A DNA stretch of 64,000 nucleotides. Source: Thermoanaerobaculia bacterium. Its GTDB lineage: Bacteria > Acidobacteriota > Thermoanaerobaculia > Multivoradales > Multivoraceae. This document shows positions 27,392 to 37,655 of the stretch, in pieces. The stretch covers positions 3,680,001-3,744,000 of the forward strand of contig OY761158.1 in the NCBI GenBank assembly GCA_963664405.1, written 5' to 3'. Made by a program: the position numbers and the translations under genes. Under the pieces are notes generated by a model. It did no database searches. It saw only the letters and a program-made list of their open reading frames with translations, and had not been told where the DNA came from. How positions within the stretch are numbered: the stretch's first letter is position 1; every line of letters starts with the position of its first letter.

Positions 27392-27482
27392 CTAGCCCCG
27401 GAAAACGGGCCTGCGGCCCGTTCTCCGGCCCATCCCCCCCTAAGAACTACTCGCCTGTCCGAATTCTCGGACACGCTCCTAG
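27392..27482 (-). repeat. Intact 91-bp CTAG-bounded REP-like repeat (empty IS target)
   Basis: CTAG at both ends; hairpins TGTCCGA-ATTC-TCGGACA and AACGGGCC-TGC-GGCCCGTT. Confidence 0.88.
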
Positions 27483-27577
27483 CCTCCAGAAAGGGTCGCT
27501 ATCTTCTCGTCCGGGTGGGTAATATGACGCCGCGGACGGAGTGACCCTCTCGTGGGCATGAGATCCAGCAGGCTAAC

Positions 27578-28600
27578 ATGGCGTTGCGCGAGCCTCAACA
27601 TCGAGCCGACGACTCTCGTCTTCCCCGAGCTTCGCGATGGCGCTCATGGATGGTTCAGCTGGGGGTGGTTGCCGGTTGCGCGGTGCTCCTGTATCTGGCA
27701 CTGGCCTTTTGGACCGACTTCGAGCGCGTCGGGCAGTCTCTGCGAAGTTTCCCTCCGAGGGCCGTTCTGCCGGTCTTGGCCCTGGTCATCGTGGGGTTGT
27801 TCTTGCGCGGCTTGCGCTGGCTCTACTACACTCGCCTGCTTCGCCTCGATTTGCCGTCAGGTCCCAGCTTCCTCGCCTTTCTCGCCAGCTTCGCCTTCAC
27901 CGCGACCCCCGGCAAAGTAGGAGAGGTCGTAAAGTCGCTGTTACTGCGCCGGCGTTTCGGCTCCCGTGTCTCCAAGACCGCTGGAGTCTTGGTTGTCGAG
28001 CGTGTGACCGATCTACTCGCGGTGCTCCTGCTTGCCTGCTTAGGCCTCAGCACCGTAGCCGGTCGAGGCTGGGTCATAGCGGCCAGCTCTTTGCTCCTGG
28101 TGGGGGCGATGGCCTTTCTGCTCAGTGAGCGTATTCATGCGCCTGCTCTTGCCGCGCTAACTCGGCTGCCAGGCCTGGGGCGCTTCGCTGTCTCGCTGCC
28201 GGAGCTCGTCGGCAGCAGTCGGCAATTGCTCGGTCCAGCGGGTCTCGGGGTGGGGTTGGGCCTGGCGGTGCTTGCCTGGTCCTGCGAGGCTGTGGCTTTG
28301 TGGATCGTGCTGTCCGCTCTTGGGGCGGAGGTTGCTTGGACCGGGGCCTTTCTAGCCTTCGGCCTCTCGACACTCCTCGGTGTCCTGTCGATGTTGCCTG
28401 GAGGGATTGGTGGTTTCGAAGCGAGTATGGTCTTCATATTCCAGCAGCTGGCCGTCGCATCGACGACCGCGGTCGCCGCCACTCTAATTTTCCGCCTGGC
28501 AACCCTCTGGGGAATGAGCCTTCTGGGCCTCTTCTTTCTTGGCGTCTGGATGGCGATCTTCGGTCTCGGCGAGGAGGGAGAAGTAAGCAGTAAGCAGTAA
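27578..28600 (+). CDS. Lysylphosphatidylglycerol synthase TM-domain / flippase-like membrane protein
   Basis: TPGKVGEVVK, VERVTD, LPGGIGGFE, multiple TM helices. Confidence 0.85.
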   Translation: MALREPQHRADDSRLPRASRWRSWMVQLGVVAGCAVLLYLALAFWTDFERVGQSLRSFPPRAVLPVLALVIVGLFLRGLRWLYYTRLLRLDLPSGPSFLAFLASFAFTATPGKVGEVVKSLLLRRRFGSRVSKTAGVLVVERVTDLLAVLLLACLGLSTVAGRGWVIAASSLLLVGAMAFLLSERIHAPALAALTRLPGLGRFAVSLPELVGSSRQLLGPAGLGVGLGLAVLAWSCEAVALWIVLSALGAEVAWTGAFLAFGLSTLLGVLSMLPGGIGGFEASMVFIFQQLAVASTTAVAATLIFRLATLWGMSLLGLFFLGVWMAIFGLGEEGEVSSKQ

Positions 28601-28744
28601 AGGCAAGGAATGGAGTTGACCTTGGAGCTACCCTTGTCTTTACTGAATGCTGATGGCTTCCTACTTCTCCTCTCCTCCCTGCCTTGACTGCTACTTCCCC
28701 TTCGGCGCTGGGGGGCTGTCCTGACTGGCGAGGGCCAGATGCGA

Positions 28745-30523
28745 CTAGATAGAGAAAGGCCAGAGGACAGGGATCAACAGGGTGGAGATGATCCAGAAGC
28801 CGATCTTGAGCGGCGCTCCCGCCCACACGTAGTCGAGGAATCGATAGCCACCGGGGCCGAAGACCATGGCGTTGGTCTGGTAGCCCATCGGGGTGAGGAA
28901 GCTCGAGGAGGCGGCGAAGGCCACAGCGAAGAGGAAGGGCTTCGCATCGAGGCCCAGGGTGGCTGCGACGGTGATGGCGATGGGTGCCATCACGACCGCC
29001 GTCGAGTTGTTCGAGGCGATCTCGCTGAGCAACGCAGTCGCGATGTAGATGACCGCCAACACGGTGTAGGGCCCGAGCTCGGTACCTAGTCCAGCGATGG
29101 CGGATCCCAGGCGTTCGGTGAGGCCGGTGTTCTCCATTGCCGAGCCCAGGGGCAGGATCGAAGCGAGGAGGAAGATGACCGTCCAGTTTATGGCCTTGTA
29201 AGCCTCTTGGATGGTGAGGCTGCGAGTGACGATCATTGCGACCGCGCCGAGAAGCGATGCTTTGAGGAGGGGCATCGCCCCGGTCGCACTCAGGATGACG
29301 ACGGCGGGAATGATCGTGACCGGTAGCCACCACAACTTCGGCAGGCGAAGCTTGAGCTCGAGCTCTTGCAAAGGGATGAAGTCTTCGTTCTGCGAGATCG
29401 CTTCAATGCGGGTACGGGGGCCGAAGACCAGTAGGCAATCCCACTGCTTGAGGGGGATCGAGGCGAGTCGCTCGCGGATCACATCGCCGGTGCGGTTCAA
29501 GGCAAGCACGAAGCAGCCATGGATACGTCGGAAGTCGACCTCTTTGAGGTTACGACCGATCAGGCTCGAGCTCGGGGCGAGTTGGAGCTCGAAGAGGATG
29601 TTGCTTTCATCCGCGAGGTCGTCGTCGTGGAGCTTGACGTCGGTGAGCAGCTCTAGATCGTAGTGGTCGCGGAAACTGACGATGTCCTCCATCGACCCGC
29701 GCACGATGATCTCGTCCAAAGCCTCCAGTTTTGTATTGCGCAGATCTACCGAGAAGCGCTCGCCGTCGCGAAGCACTTCGAGCACGTTGAGATCGAAGCG
29801 CTCGCTGATCTGCTCGTCGACTACGGTGCGGCCGACCAGCCCTCCTCCTTTCGGGATCCGCAGCTCAGTGAGGTAGGCACCCATCTGGTACTTACGGGTC
29901 AGACTGGAGATGATGCTGCGAGAGGGGAGTAGGCGAAGCGGAACGAGCAGAACGTAGATCAGCCCGCCACCGAAGAGTATGAGCCCCAGCGATGCGAACT
30001 CGAAAACCGAGAAGGCGCCGACCCCGGACTGCTCCGAGATCGAGCTTACGATCAGATTCGTCGAGGTGCCTATGAGAGTGCAGGTCCCTCCCATGATGCT
30101 GACGTAGGAGAGCGGCAAGAGGATCTTCGAGGGACTGAAACGATAGTGCTTCGCCAGCTGGATGCCGACCGGCATGAAGATGGCAACTGCCGCCGTGTTG
30201 TTGATGAAAGCGGAGAGCACGCCCGAGGTCAGAAGCAGAAGCGTGCTTCCTCGCCAGTGAGTGGGTCCCGAAATGCGCGAAATGCGGTGCGCGAACTGGT
30301 TGATCAAGCCGGTGCTAGTGAGCCCATAACTGAGGATGAACATCATCATGACCGTGATTACGGCAGGGTTGCTGAAGCCGGCGATGGCTTCCTCGGGGGT
30401 GATCAACCCGCAGACCAGGAGTGCGCCTAGGCAGGTGAAGGCGGTGGCGTCGATCGGCATCCACTCGAATGCGAAGCCCGCAAAGGTGAGGGCGATGATG
30501 CCGATCAGAAGAATCTGGTCCAT
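28745..30523 (-). CDS. SLC13/citrate-sulfate permease with TrkA-C domains
   Basis: SAFINNTA, GGTCTLIGTSTN, TPMGYQTN..V.GPGGY. Confidence 0.92.
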   Translation of the reverse strand: MDQILLIGIIALTFAGFAFEWMPIDATAFTCLGALLVCGLITPEEAIAGFSNPAVITVMMMFILSYGLTSTGLINQFAHRISRISGPTHWRGSTLLLLTSGVLSAFINNTAAVAIFMPVGIQLAKHYRFSPSKILLPLSYVSIMGGTCTLIGTSTNLIVSSISEQSGVGAFSVFEFASLGLILFGGGLIYVLLVPLRLLPSRSIISSLTRKYQMGAYLTELRIPKGGGLVGRTVVDEQISERFDLNVLEVLRDGERFSVDLRNTKLEALDEIIVRGSMEDIVSFRDHYDLELLTDVKLHDDDLADESNILFELQLAPSSSLIGRNLKEVDFRRIHGCFVLALNRTGDVIRERLASIPLKQWDCLLVFGPRTRIEAISQNEDFIPLQELELKLRLPKLWWLPVTIIPAVVILSATGAMPLLKASLLGAVAMIVTRSLTIQEAYKAINWTVIFLLASILPLGSAMENTGLTERLGSAIAGLGTELGPYTVLAVIYIATALLSEIASNNSTAVVMAPIAITVAATLGLDAKPFLFAVAFAASSSFLTPMGYQTNAMVFGPGGYRFLDYVWAGAPLKIGFWIISTLLIPVLWPFSI

Positions 30524-30586
30524 ATCCTGAGCCGCTTTCCGGGGGGTAGTAGGAGTAAGGAGGCGGTTCGAGATAGATTCTATCTG

Positions 30587-30970
30587 GTGAGATACGAGCT
30601 CAGGGTTCGCGCGCGATTCGAGGCGGCCCACCATTTGACCGCTTATCGAGGTTCTCCTGAGCCGGTACACGGGCACAGTTGGGTGGTGGAGGCGTGCGTG
30701 TCTTCTAGGTCACTCAACGAAGAGGGCTATGCGGTGGACTTTCTCGACATCAAGACCGCTCTCGACGATCTTGCTGCGCGCTTCCACCACAACGACATCA
30801 ACAGCGTTGCCCCCTTCGATTCCCGAAGCCCGACGACGGAGCACTTGGCGCAGTGGTTCTGGGAGCGGCTGGATGAGCGGCTTCCTGAGGTGACGGTCGC
30901 CTCGGTCGAGGTCCACGAGGGCCCCGACTTCTCTGCGACTTACTTCCCTCCTAGCGGCGGCGCGGAATAA
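30587..30970 (+). CDS. queD: 6-carboxytetrahydropterin synthase (PTPS family)
   Basis: FEAAH, HGHSW, DF..IK, PTTEHLA. Confidence 0.8.
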   Translation: MRYELRVRARFEAAHHLTAYRGSPEPVHGHSWVVEACVSSRSLNEEGYAVDFLDIKTALDDLAARFHHNDINSVAPFDSRSPTTEHLAQWFWERLDERLPEVTVASVEVHEGPDFSATYFPPSGGAE

Positions 30971-31006
30971 GCCGCAACTGGGGCAGCGTTTTCTTTAGAT
31001 AGAGAG

Positions 31007-31867
31007 ATGTCCACCGAGGTCCAATTGTCGAGCCCCTGGCCAGCTCGCCTTGCCTGCGTGGCCTTGCCTTCGGTCGCGGTGGTCGGCAGTGTTGGAGCCT
31101 ACTTCCGGAATCGACTCCAGCACTCCCGACTTTTTGTTCCTAGCCTTTATCCACACGGCGTTTGGGACCGTGGCTCCCATGGCCTCCCGGTCGAAGACGA
31201 GTGGTTCGAGACCGAAGACAAAGTCAAGCTCCACGCTTGGTGGATCCGCAGCGAGCGAGCGAGGGGTACGGTTCTCTACTGCCATGGCAACAATGGCAAC
31301 ATCACCCACCGGATCGGTGTGTTGGAGCAGCTGTGGCGGATGCGCCTCAACGTCTTTGCGTTCGACTATCGCGGTTATGGAAGAAGCGAAGGGGAGCCCA
31401 GCGAGGAAGGTCTGTTCCGTGACGTCCGCGGCGCGTTGGATCATCTGAGTGGGAATCTGAATCAGAGCTCGGAGTCGATCTTGCTCTTTGGTCACTCTCT
31501 GGGGGGTGCGGTGGCTATCGATGGGGCACTCCATCGGCCGGTGGCGGGTCTGGTCGTGCAGTCGAGCTTCACTCACATCAGGGACATGACTAGGGCCCTC
31601 TTTCCTCGCCTTCCACTTCATTGGGTGGCTCGCAATCAGTTCAAGAGCATCGACAAAGTAGGTCGGCTGGAGATCCCGAAGCTCTTCATCCACGGTACTG
31701 ACGATCCCACCGTGCCGCACCGATTGGGTCGCCGGCTCTTCGGGGCTGCAGCCGCTCCCAAAGAGTGGTTCGAAGTGCCGAGGGCGGGGCACAACGACGT
31801 CTACCGTGCCGGCGGCGTACGTTATCTCTGGCGTCTTCATCGCTTCACGAGGCGATGTTTAGCCTAG
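31007..31867 (+). CDS. Alpha/beta hydrolase (ABHD13/BEM46-like)
   Basis: HGNNGN, DYRGYGRS, GHSLGG, HGTDD, GHND. Confidence 0.9.
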   Translation: MSTEVQLSSPWPARLACVALPSVAVVGSVGAYFRNRLQHSRLFVPSLYPHGVWDRGSHGLPVEDEWFETEDKVKLHAWWIRSERARGTVLYCHGNNGNITHRIGVLEQLWRMRLNVFAFDYRGYGRSEGEPSEEGLFRDVRGALDHLSGNLNQSSESILLFGHSLGGAVAIDGALHRPVAGLVVQSSFTHIRDMTRALFPRLPLHWVARNQFKSIDKVGRLEIPKLFIHGTDDPTVPHRLGRRLFGAAAAPKEWFEVPRAGHNDVYRAGGVRYLWRLHRFTRRCLA

Positions 31868-31914
31868 CCCCTTCGGCCCGTTCTCTGGTCCATCCCCACC
31901 TGAAAGCTACTCGC
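31864..31914 (-). repeat. Degenerate partial copy of the 91-bp REP-like repeat
   Basis: CTAGCCCC…CGGCCCGTTCTCTGGTCCATCCCCACCT…CTACTCGC aligns to 27392-27454. Confidence 0.65.
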
Positions 31915-31933
31915 ACTGCAAGATACTCGTAGC

Positions 31934-33112
31934 TTGCGTATCCTCCTCATCTGCGGCCGCTTTCCTTGGCCTCCTCGTCGGGGTGATCAACTGCGTTCCC
32001 TCCAGTGCGCAGAGGCGCTGGCCACGCGGCACCGGGTGCGGCTGCTGGTTCCGGAGCCTCCTTCGAGTCAGCTCACTCCGCCCGATCTCGATTTCGAGGT
32101 CAGCTTCTACCCGCCAAGGCGTACTCTGTTTCCGATTGCCCTCGCAGTGGCGCTGGCGCGGGGTCTGCCACTTCAGAGCGCCTTCTTCGCTTTTCAGGAT
32201 CTAGAGGACAGGATTCGACAGTTGGCGCCGCAGGCGGATCTGGTCATCCTCCAGTTGGCAAGGCTGGCCGCCTTCCTGCCCGCGGCCTCCGGCTTACCTG
32301 CGGTTGGGGACCGTCCCGTCGTTGTGGACTTGATCGATAGCCTCTCACTCGGTTTCATCGGACGCGCCTGCAGAGACCGGGCCTGGTTGGCGCCGCTCTT
32401 CCGTTTTGAGTCTCGCCGACTCGCTCGCTGTGAAGAACGCCTGGTGCGGCTGAGCCGCGCTTCGTTGTTAGTAGCAGATCGAGATAGGGAGCACATGGCG
32501 TCGAGACTCAGCACGGACTTGGCCGCCCGTCTGCGAACAGTCCCGATTGCGATGCCGCTGCGCGAGCCGGAAGTACAGGCCGCGCCGGAAGAGGCCCTCA
32601 TCTTCAGCGGCAACCTCGGGTACTTCGTCAACGAAGACGCCCTACGCTGGTTTGTGAAGGAGGTTTGGTCACCGCTGCTCGCCGCTCGACCCGGTCTGCG
32701 GTTGATCTGTGCCGGATCTCGGCCTTCGGCCACTCTTCGTCGGCTGCTTACTCGTGCCGGCGCCTCGCTGGTCGTGGAGCCTCCGGATCTCACTCGGGTT
32801 CTTGCGTCAGCGACGGTTGCTCTGGCGCCCCTCAACTGCGGTTCCGGGGTTCCTCTCAAAGTCCTCGAAGCGTGGGCCACTTGCGTCCCTGTAGTTGCAT
32901 CGAGCTGGGCGGCTGCCGGTGTCGCCGGAGAGAACGGGAGGGATCTTCTGATTGCGGACTCGGTAGAGAGCTGGATTGCTGCCATCTGCGATCTTCTCGA
33001 TCGTCCGGAGCTACGCCGGAAGTTGGTCGCCGCGGGGCGCGAGAGACTGCGCCAGGACTACTCCGCGGAGCTTGTTCGTAGTCGCTTCCTCGATAGCGTC
33101 GAAGCCGTCTGA
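31934..33112 (+). CDS. Glycosyltransferase family 4
   Basis: FPWPPRRGD, FSGNLGY.VN, GSGVPLKVLEA. Confidence 0.88.
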   Translation: MRILLICGRFPWPPRRGDQLRSLQCAEALATRHRVRLLVPEPPSSQLTPPDLDFEVSFYPPRRTLFPIALAVALARGLPLQSAFFAFQDLEDRIRQLAPQADLVILQLARLAAFLPAASGLPAVGDRPVVVDLIDSLSLGFIGRACRDRAWLAPLFRFESRRLARCEERLVRLSRASLLVADRDREHMASRLSTDLAARLRTVPIAMPLREPEVQAAPEEALIFSGNLGYFVNEDALRWFVKEVWSPLLAARPGLRLICAGSRPSATLRRLLTRAGASLVVEPPDLTRVLASATVALAPLNCGSGVPLKVLEAWATCVPVVASSWAAAGVAGENGRDLLIADSVESWIAAICDLLDRPELRRKLVAAGRERLRQDYSAELVRSRFLDSVEAV

Positions 33113-33179
33113 GCGACCGCTCGCGGCGGTGGATGGAGGGCCGTAGAGCGGTGGGGAGACATGTTAATGTCTGCTGGCT

Positions 33180-36100
33180 GTGTGCGGAATTGTGGCAGTT
33201 CTTGGGGCCCCATCCGAGCGGGAGGTAGGGGGCCGGGAGGAGCTCCTCGGAGGACTCCGCGAGGCGCTCGCGGCGCTGCCGAGCACGACCTCTTCCTTCA
33301 CGACCTGGCCGGAGGCACTGTTGCATGCGAGAGCTTGCACCGATGCGGTCGACGACCCGCTTCGCAGCAGGCTCGGCGTACGGCTCTTGGTCGACGACCA
33401 GGACTTGTGCACCGGCATCGAGTCTTTGTGCTCGCAGATCGATGAGCGAGTGGCCTCACTCGAGTCCCGGTTGGACGGCGACAGCTTTGTCTTCCAAGCG
33501 GCCGCGCTCGAGGAGATCAACGGAGAGCTGAACCAGTTGAAGGACGCGGTGTGGAAGGTCGCTCGAGACCGAGTGGGCGCGGCGCATCGCATCCGCAGTC
33601 TGGCTGGCGAGTGCCCGACCGCTACTGAGGTCGATGGCCTGGCGGCGATTGAGACGGTGCTCTCGGCGCTCGACCGTCTAGAGGTGCGGGGTCGGGACTC
33701 CTCCGGTATCCACCTGTTCGTCGATGGTGCCGGATTGACGGAGGCTGGTAGGGAGATCTCAGAGCTGGTCGCGCAGCGAGCCTCGGACCCCGTCTTTTCG
33801 TCGGGTGCTCTGCGCTCCCTCGGTGACGGCACTTTGAGCATGGTCTACAAGGCGGCCGCCGAGATCGGTGAGTTGGGAGACAACGGAAAGAAGATTCGCT
33901 GGGCGCTGCGCCAAGATCCGGTGCTGCGTTGCGCGTTGGCGGCTTCCGATGGGCGGCTCTCGGTTCTTGGCCACACTCGTTGGGCCAGCGTGGGCATGAT
34001 CTCCGAAGCCAACGCGCACCCGCTCAACCACGAGGAGGTCGATGGTGATTCGCCTCCCCAAGGGGGGGATTCGGCCCCCAATGTGGTGGCGGCGGTCAAC
34101 GGAGACATCGACAACTATTTGGAGCTACAAAAGGCCGAGCACCTACGTTTTCCGGATGAGATCACGACCGACGCCAAGGTCGTCCCGGTCCTTCTCTCTC
34201 GTCGTCTCGCGGAGGGAGTACCGCTGGTGGAGGCGTTTCGGCGCACGGTCTCGTCGTTCACGGGGTCCGTTGCGATCGCGGTCCAGAGCGCGTCTGATCC
34301 CGATCTGCTTCTGTTGGCGCTCCACGGTAGCGGACAGGCGCTCTACGTCGGGCTTCTGGACGGCAGCTACGTCGTTGCGAGCGAGCCCTACGGTGTCGTC
34401 GAGCAGGCCGACGAATACTTTCGGATGGACGGCGAGAGCGCGGGCAACGCCGAGAACCCGATTGCCAGTCGCGGCCAGATCGTGGTCCTGGACCGGCGCC
34501 GGGCCGGCAGCCTGGAGGGCATTCACCGAATCGCCTACGACGGCACTGCTCTGCCGCTGTGCGAGGCGGATGTAGAGACCGCGGAGATCACCACCAGAGA
34601 CATCGATCGAGGGGACTACCCGCACTACCTTCTCAAAGAGATCTCTCAAGCGTCCGACTCGTTTCGCAAGACGCTGCGAGGCAAGGTTCGAGAGGACAAA
34701 AGCGGCTATCTACGCGTGCATCTGGGCGCGACGGCGCTTCCTTCGCGCCTAGAGGAGCTTCTCGCTGCCGGTGTCGTTCGCAGAATCTGCGTGATCGGTC
34801 AGGGAACGGCAGCGGTTGCGGGGCAGGCGGTCGCCGAGGCTATCGGTGACGTGCTCTCGAAGCAGCGCATTCGCGTGGAGGCGATGCCGGCGACGGAGCT
34901 GTCTGGTTTTCGACTTCGTCAGGACATGGCCGATACCTTGGTGGTCGCGATCTCTCAATCGGGAACCACCACCGATACCAATCGGACCGTGGACTTGGTT
35001 CGGGCTCGCGGTGCGTTCGTGGTGTCGGTGGTGAACAGGCGTGGCAGCGACCTGGTGAATCGCTCCGACGGTGTGCTCTACACCTCCGATGGTCGCGATG
35101 TAGAGATGAGCGTGGCGTCCACTAAGGCCTTTTATGCGCAAGTGGCCGCCGGCTTCCTGCTTGCCCTGGGGCTCAAGCAAATTATCGATGTCGAGAGCTC
35201 TCGACTCGACGACGAGGACCTTCGCCTTCTCGAGGGCCTACGACAGGTGCCAGAGCTTCTCGAGAAGGTGCTCGACACGAGGTCGGTAGTACGCCGAGTT
35301 GCGAGTCGTCACGCCTCGCGTCGGCGGCATTGGGCGGTAGTTGGCAGTGGCTGGAGTCGTGTGGCCGCCGAGGAGATTCGCATCAAGCTCTCGGAGCTCT
35401 GCTACAAGTCGATCGCCTGTGACATCACTGAGGACAAGAAACACATCGATCTGTCTTCAGAGCCCCTGATCTTGGTTTGCAGCGCCGGCTTGCCTAGCTC
35501 GACTTTGGCGGACGTAGTCAAGGAAGTCGCGATCTATCGAGCCCACAAGGCGGCGCCGGTCGTGATTGCCACCGCCGGAGATGGGGCCTTCCAGGACAGT
35601 GAAGACACAATCGAGATTCCTGCCTGTCACCCGCGCCTCGCATTCGTGCTTACCACTATGGTCGGTCACCTCTTCGGCTATGAAGCTGCCCTCGCCATCG
35701 ACCGCGAGGCCCTCCCGCTGCGCGAGATGCGCAAAGAGATCGAGGAGCTGGTCCTCGCCGCCCATCCGGGAGAGCACCTTCTCGAGACCTTGGCGCCTAG
35801 GATCGAGGCCCATTCTGAGCACTTCCTGTCCCGACTCTCGAGCGGTTTCTGTGATGGACCGCTCGAGGCTTCGACCGCGGTGCGGCTGGCCTCTCTTCTA
35901 CGTTACGTTGCGGGTCTGACGCCTCTCGAGTCCTACGGCGCAGAGCATGGAAAGACTGGAGCCCCCTCGGTCGTCATCGAGGACCTGATGTCGGCTCTAA
36001 CTCGCGGCGTAGAGGAGCTGACTCGGCCGGTGGATGCCATCAAACACCAGGCGAAGACGGTTACCGTCGGGATCTCACGTGCGGACGAGGCTCTACTGAC

Positions 36101-36683
36101 CGTTCCTCTGGTCTCCTCGGCGCTCGACAGCGGCCTGCCGAGGGAGCGCATCACCTACCGCGATTTGCGCGCTCTGGCCGGGCTCGACCCGGCGGTGGCT
36201 GAGGTGGAGGGGTATACGCGATACCGCATTATCCCGAACAAAGGCGCAACCGATGCGATCGAGGTCATAGCCACTGCCGGCGTTGCTGCCGGCATCCCCT
36301 CGCGCACAGTCGTCACACCTGAGCTTCGCGGCACCAAGCATATGGTGGCCAGCGAGCGGCAGCTCTTCGTGGCACGCGGGCGCAGCGACGGCCGGACGGT
36401 GATCCTGGTGCCGGAGATCGAGAGAGCTCAGGTGAGCGGCCTACTGCTTCTTCATGTGCGCTTCGAGGAGAAGATCAGCCCCGCCGCGATGCGCGCCGTC
36501 CTCAGTTCGTATCGGAGCCGCCTTACGGCCCTGCGTGACGCAGTAATGGAGACAGAGCCGGACTTTCGCGAGGAGCTGCTCGGTGAGCTTCCGGTCGCTG
36601 ATCTCTTGACGCTGCCTATCCTGGATTTGGTCGGGCATTGGCAGACAGAGACAAAGATTCACACTGACGAGGTCATGAAATGA
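33180..36683 (+). CDS. glmS: Extended glutamine-fructose-6-phosphate aminotransferase-like protein (1167 aa)
   Basis: N-terminal CGI, GHTRWA, NAHP, NGDIDNY, SQSGTTTDT, VASTKAFY, KTVTVG. Confidence 0.78.
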   Translation: MCGIVAVLGAPSEREVGGREELLGGLREALAALPSTTSSFTTWPEALLHARACTDAVDDPLRSRLGVRLLVDDQDLCTGIESLCSQIDERVASLESRLDGDSFVFQAAALEEINGELNQLKDAVWKVARDRVGAAHRIRSLAGECPTATEVDGLAAIETVLSALDRLEVRGRDSSGIHLFVDGAGLTEAGREISELVAQRASDPVFSSGALRSLGDGTLSMVYKAAAEIGELGDNGKKIRWALRQDPVLRCALAASDGRLSVLGHTRWASVGMISEANAHPLNHEEVDGDSPPQGGDSAPNVVAAVNGDIDNYLELQKAEHLRFPDEITTDAKVVPVLLSRRLAEGVPLVEAFRRTVSSFTGSVAIAVQSASDPDLLLLALHGSGQALYVGLLDGSYVVASEPYGVVEQADEYFRMDGESAGNAENPIASRGQIVVLDRRRAGSLEGIHRIAYDGTALPLCEADVETAEITTRDIDRGDYPHYLLKEISQASDSFRKTLRGKVREDKSGYLRVHLGATALPSRLEELLAAGVVRRICVIGQGTAAVAGQAVAEAIGDVLSKQRIRVEAMPATELSGFRLRQDMADTLVVAISQSGTTTDTNRTVDLVRARGAFVVSVVNRRGSDLVNRSDGVLYTSDGRDVEMSVASTKAFYAQVAAGFLLALGLKQIIDVESSRLDDEDLRLLEGLRQVPELLEKVLDTRSVVRRVASRHASRRRHWAVVGSGWSRVAAEEIRIKLSELCYKSIACDITEDKKHIDLSSEPLILVCSAGLPSSTLADVVKEVAIYRAHKAAPVVIATAGDGAFQDSEDTIEIPACHPRLAFVLTTMVGHLFGYEAALAIDREALPLREMRKEIEELVLAAHPGEHLLETLAPRIEAHSEHFLSRLSSGFCDGPLEASTAVRLASLLRYVAGLTPLESYGAEHGKTGAPSVVIEDLMSALTRGVEELTRPVDAIKHQAKTVTVGISRADEALLTVPLVSSALDSGLPRERITYRDLRALAGLDPAVAEVEGYTRYRIIPNKGATDAIEVIATAGVAAGIPSRTVVTPELRGTKHMVASERQLFVARGRSDGRTVILVPEIERAQVSGLLLLHVRFEEKISPAAMRAVLSSYRSRLTALRDAVMETEPDFREELLGELPVADLLTLPILDLVGHWQTETKIHTDEVMK

Positions 36684-37642
36684 AGGTTCTTGTTACCGGT
36701 TCAGCCGGGTTCATTGGATTCCACGTTGCGCAAGCGCTGCTGGATCGCGGCGATGAGGTGGTCGGTCTCGACGCCTTCACCGCTTACTACGATCCTGTGC
36801 TCAAGGAGAGACGAAACTCGATACTCGAATCTCGCGAGGGCTTCACCAGCCTGCGTGGAGACATCGTCGACCTGGATCTACTGGGCTCCGCCTTCGACCT
36901 CCTCGGCGGGGGAGACATGACCCGGGTGTGTCATCTGGCTGCACAGGCGGGAGTAAGGCACTCCATCGCACATCCCGACGAGTTCATTCGCGACAACGTT
37001 GCCGGCTTCGGCAACATCATCGAGCTGTGCAAAGTACGTGGAGTTGAGGGATTGATCTACGCTTCGACCAGCTCGGTATACGGGGACAATAAGGACTTTC
37101 CCCTCCGGGAAGCCTCGAATACCGACCACCAGGTCTCCCTCTACGGCATGACCAAGAAGGCCAACGAGCTCCAGGCCTCTGTCTACAACAGCCTGTTCGG
37201 TCTGCACTGTACGGGGCTGCGCTTCTTCACCGTCTATGGCACCTGGGGCCGCCCGGACATGGCGCTCTTCTTGTTCACCGACGCTGTTCTCAAGGGACAT
37301 CCGATGAGGATCTTTGGTCACGGCAAGATGCGTCGCGATTTCACCTACGTCGACGACATCGTCGCGGGAGTGCTGGCCTCTCTCGACCGCAATTACTCTC
37401 TCGAAGTGATCAACCTCGGCTGCGGCAACACCGAAGAATTGATGGACTTCGTGCACCTGATCGAAGAGAGCTGCGGGAAGGAAGGGGAGAAGGAGTTTCT
37501 GCCGATGCAGCTCGGCGACGTGATCCAAACCGGCGCCGATGTCTCCCGAGCCCGCGAGCTACTCGGCTACGAGCCCAAGACAAAGATCTGCGACGGCGTG
37601 CCTCGCTTCGTCGAGTGGTACCGCGAGTACTTCGGCGTTTAG
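36680..37642 (+). CDS. NAD-dependent epimerase (UDP-glucuronate 4-epimerase-like)
   Basis: GSAGFIG, HLAAQAGVR, YGMTKK, RFFTVYG.WGRPDM. Confidence 0.92.
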   Translation: MKVLVTGSAGFIGFHVAQALLDRGDEVVGLDAFTAYYDPVLKERRNSILESREGFTSLRGDIVDLDLLGSAFDLLGGGDMTRVCHLAAQAGVRHSIAHPDEFIRDNVAGFGNIIELCKVRGVEGLIYASTSSVYGDNKDFPLREASNTDHQVSLYGMTKKANELQASVYNSLFGLHCTGLRFFTVYGTWGRPDMALFLFTDAVLKGHPMRIFGHGKMRRDFTYVDDIVAGVLASLDRNYSLEVINLGCGNTEELMDFVHLIEESCGKEGEKEFLPMQLGDVIQTGADVSRARELLGYEPKTKICDGVPRFVEWYREYFGV

Positions 37643-37655
37643 CCGCCTGGGCCTC

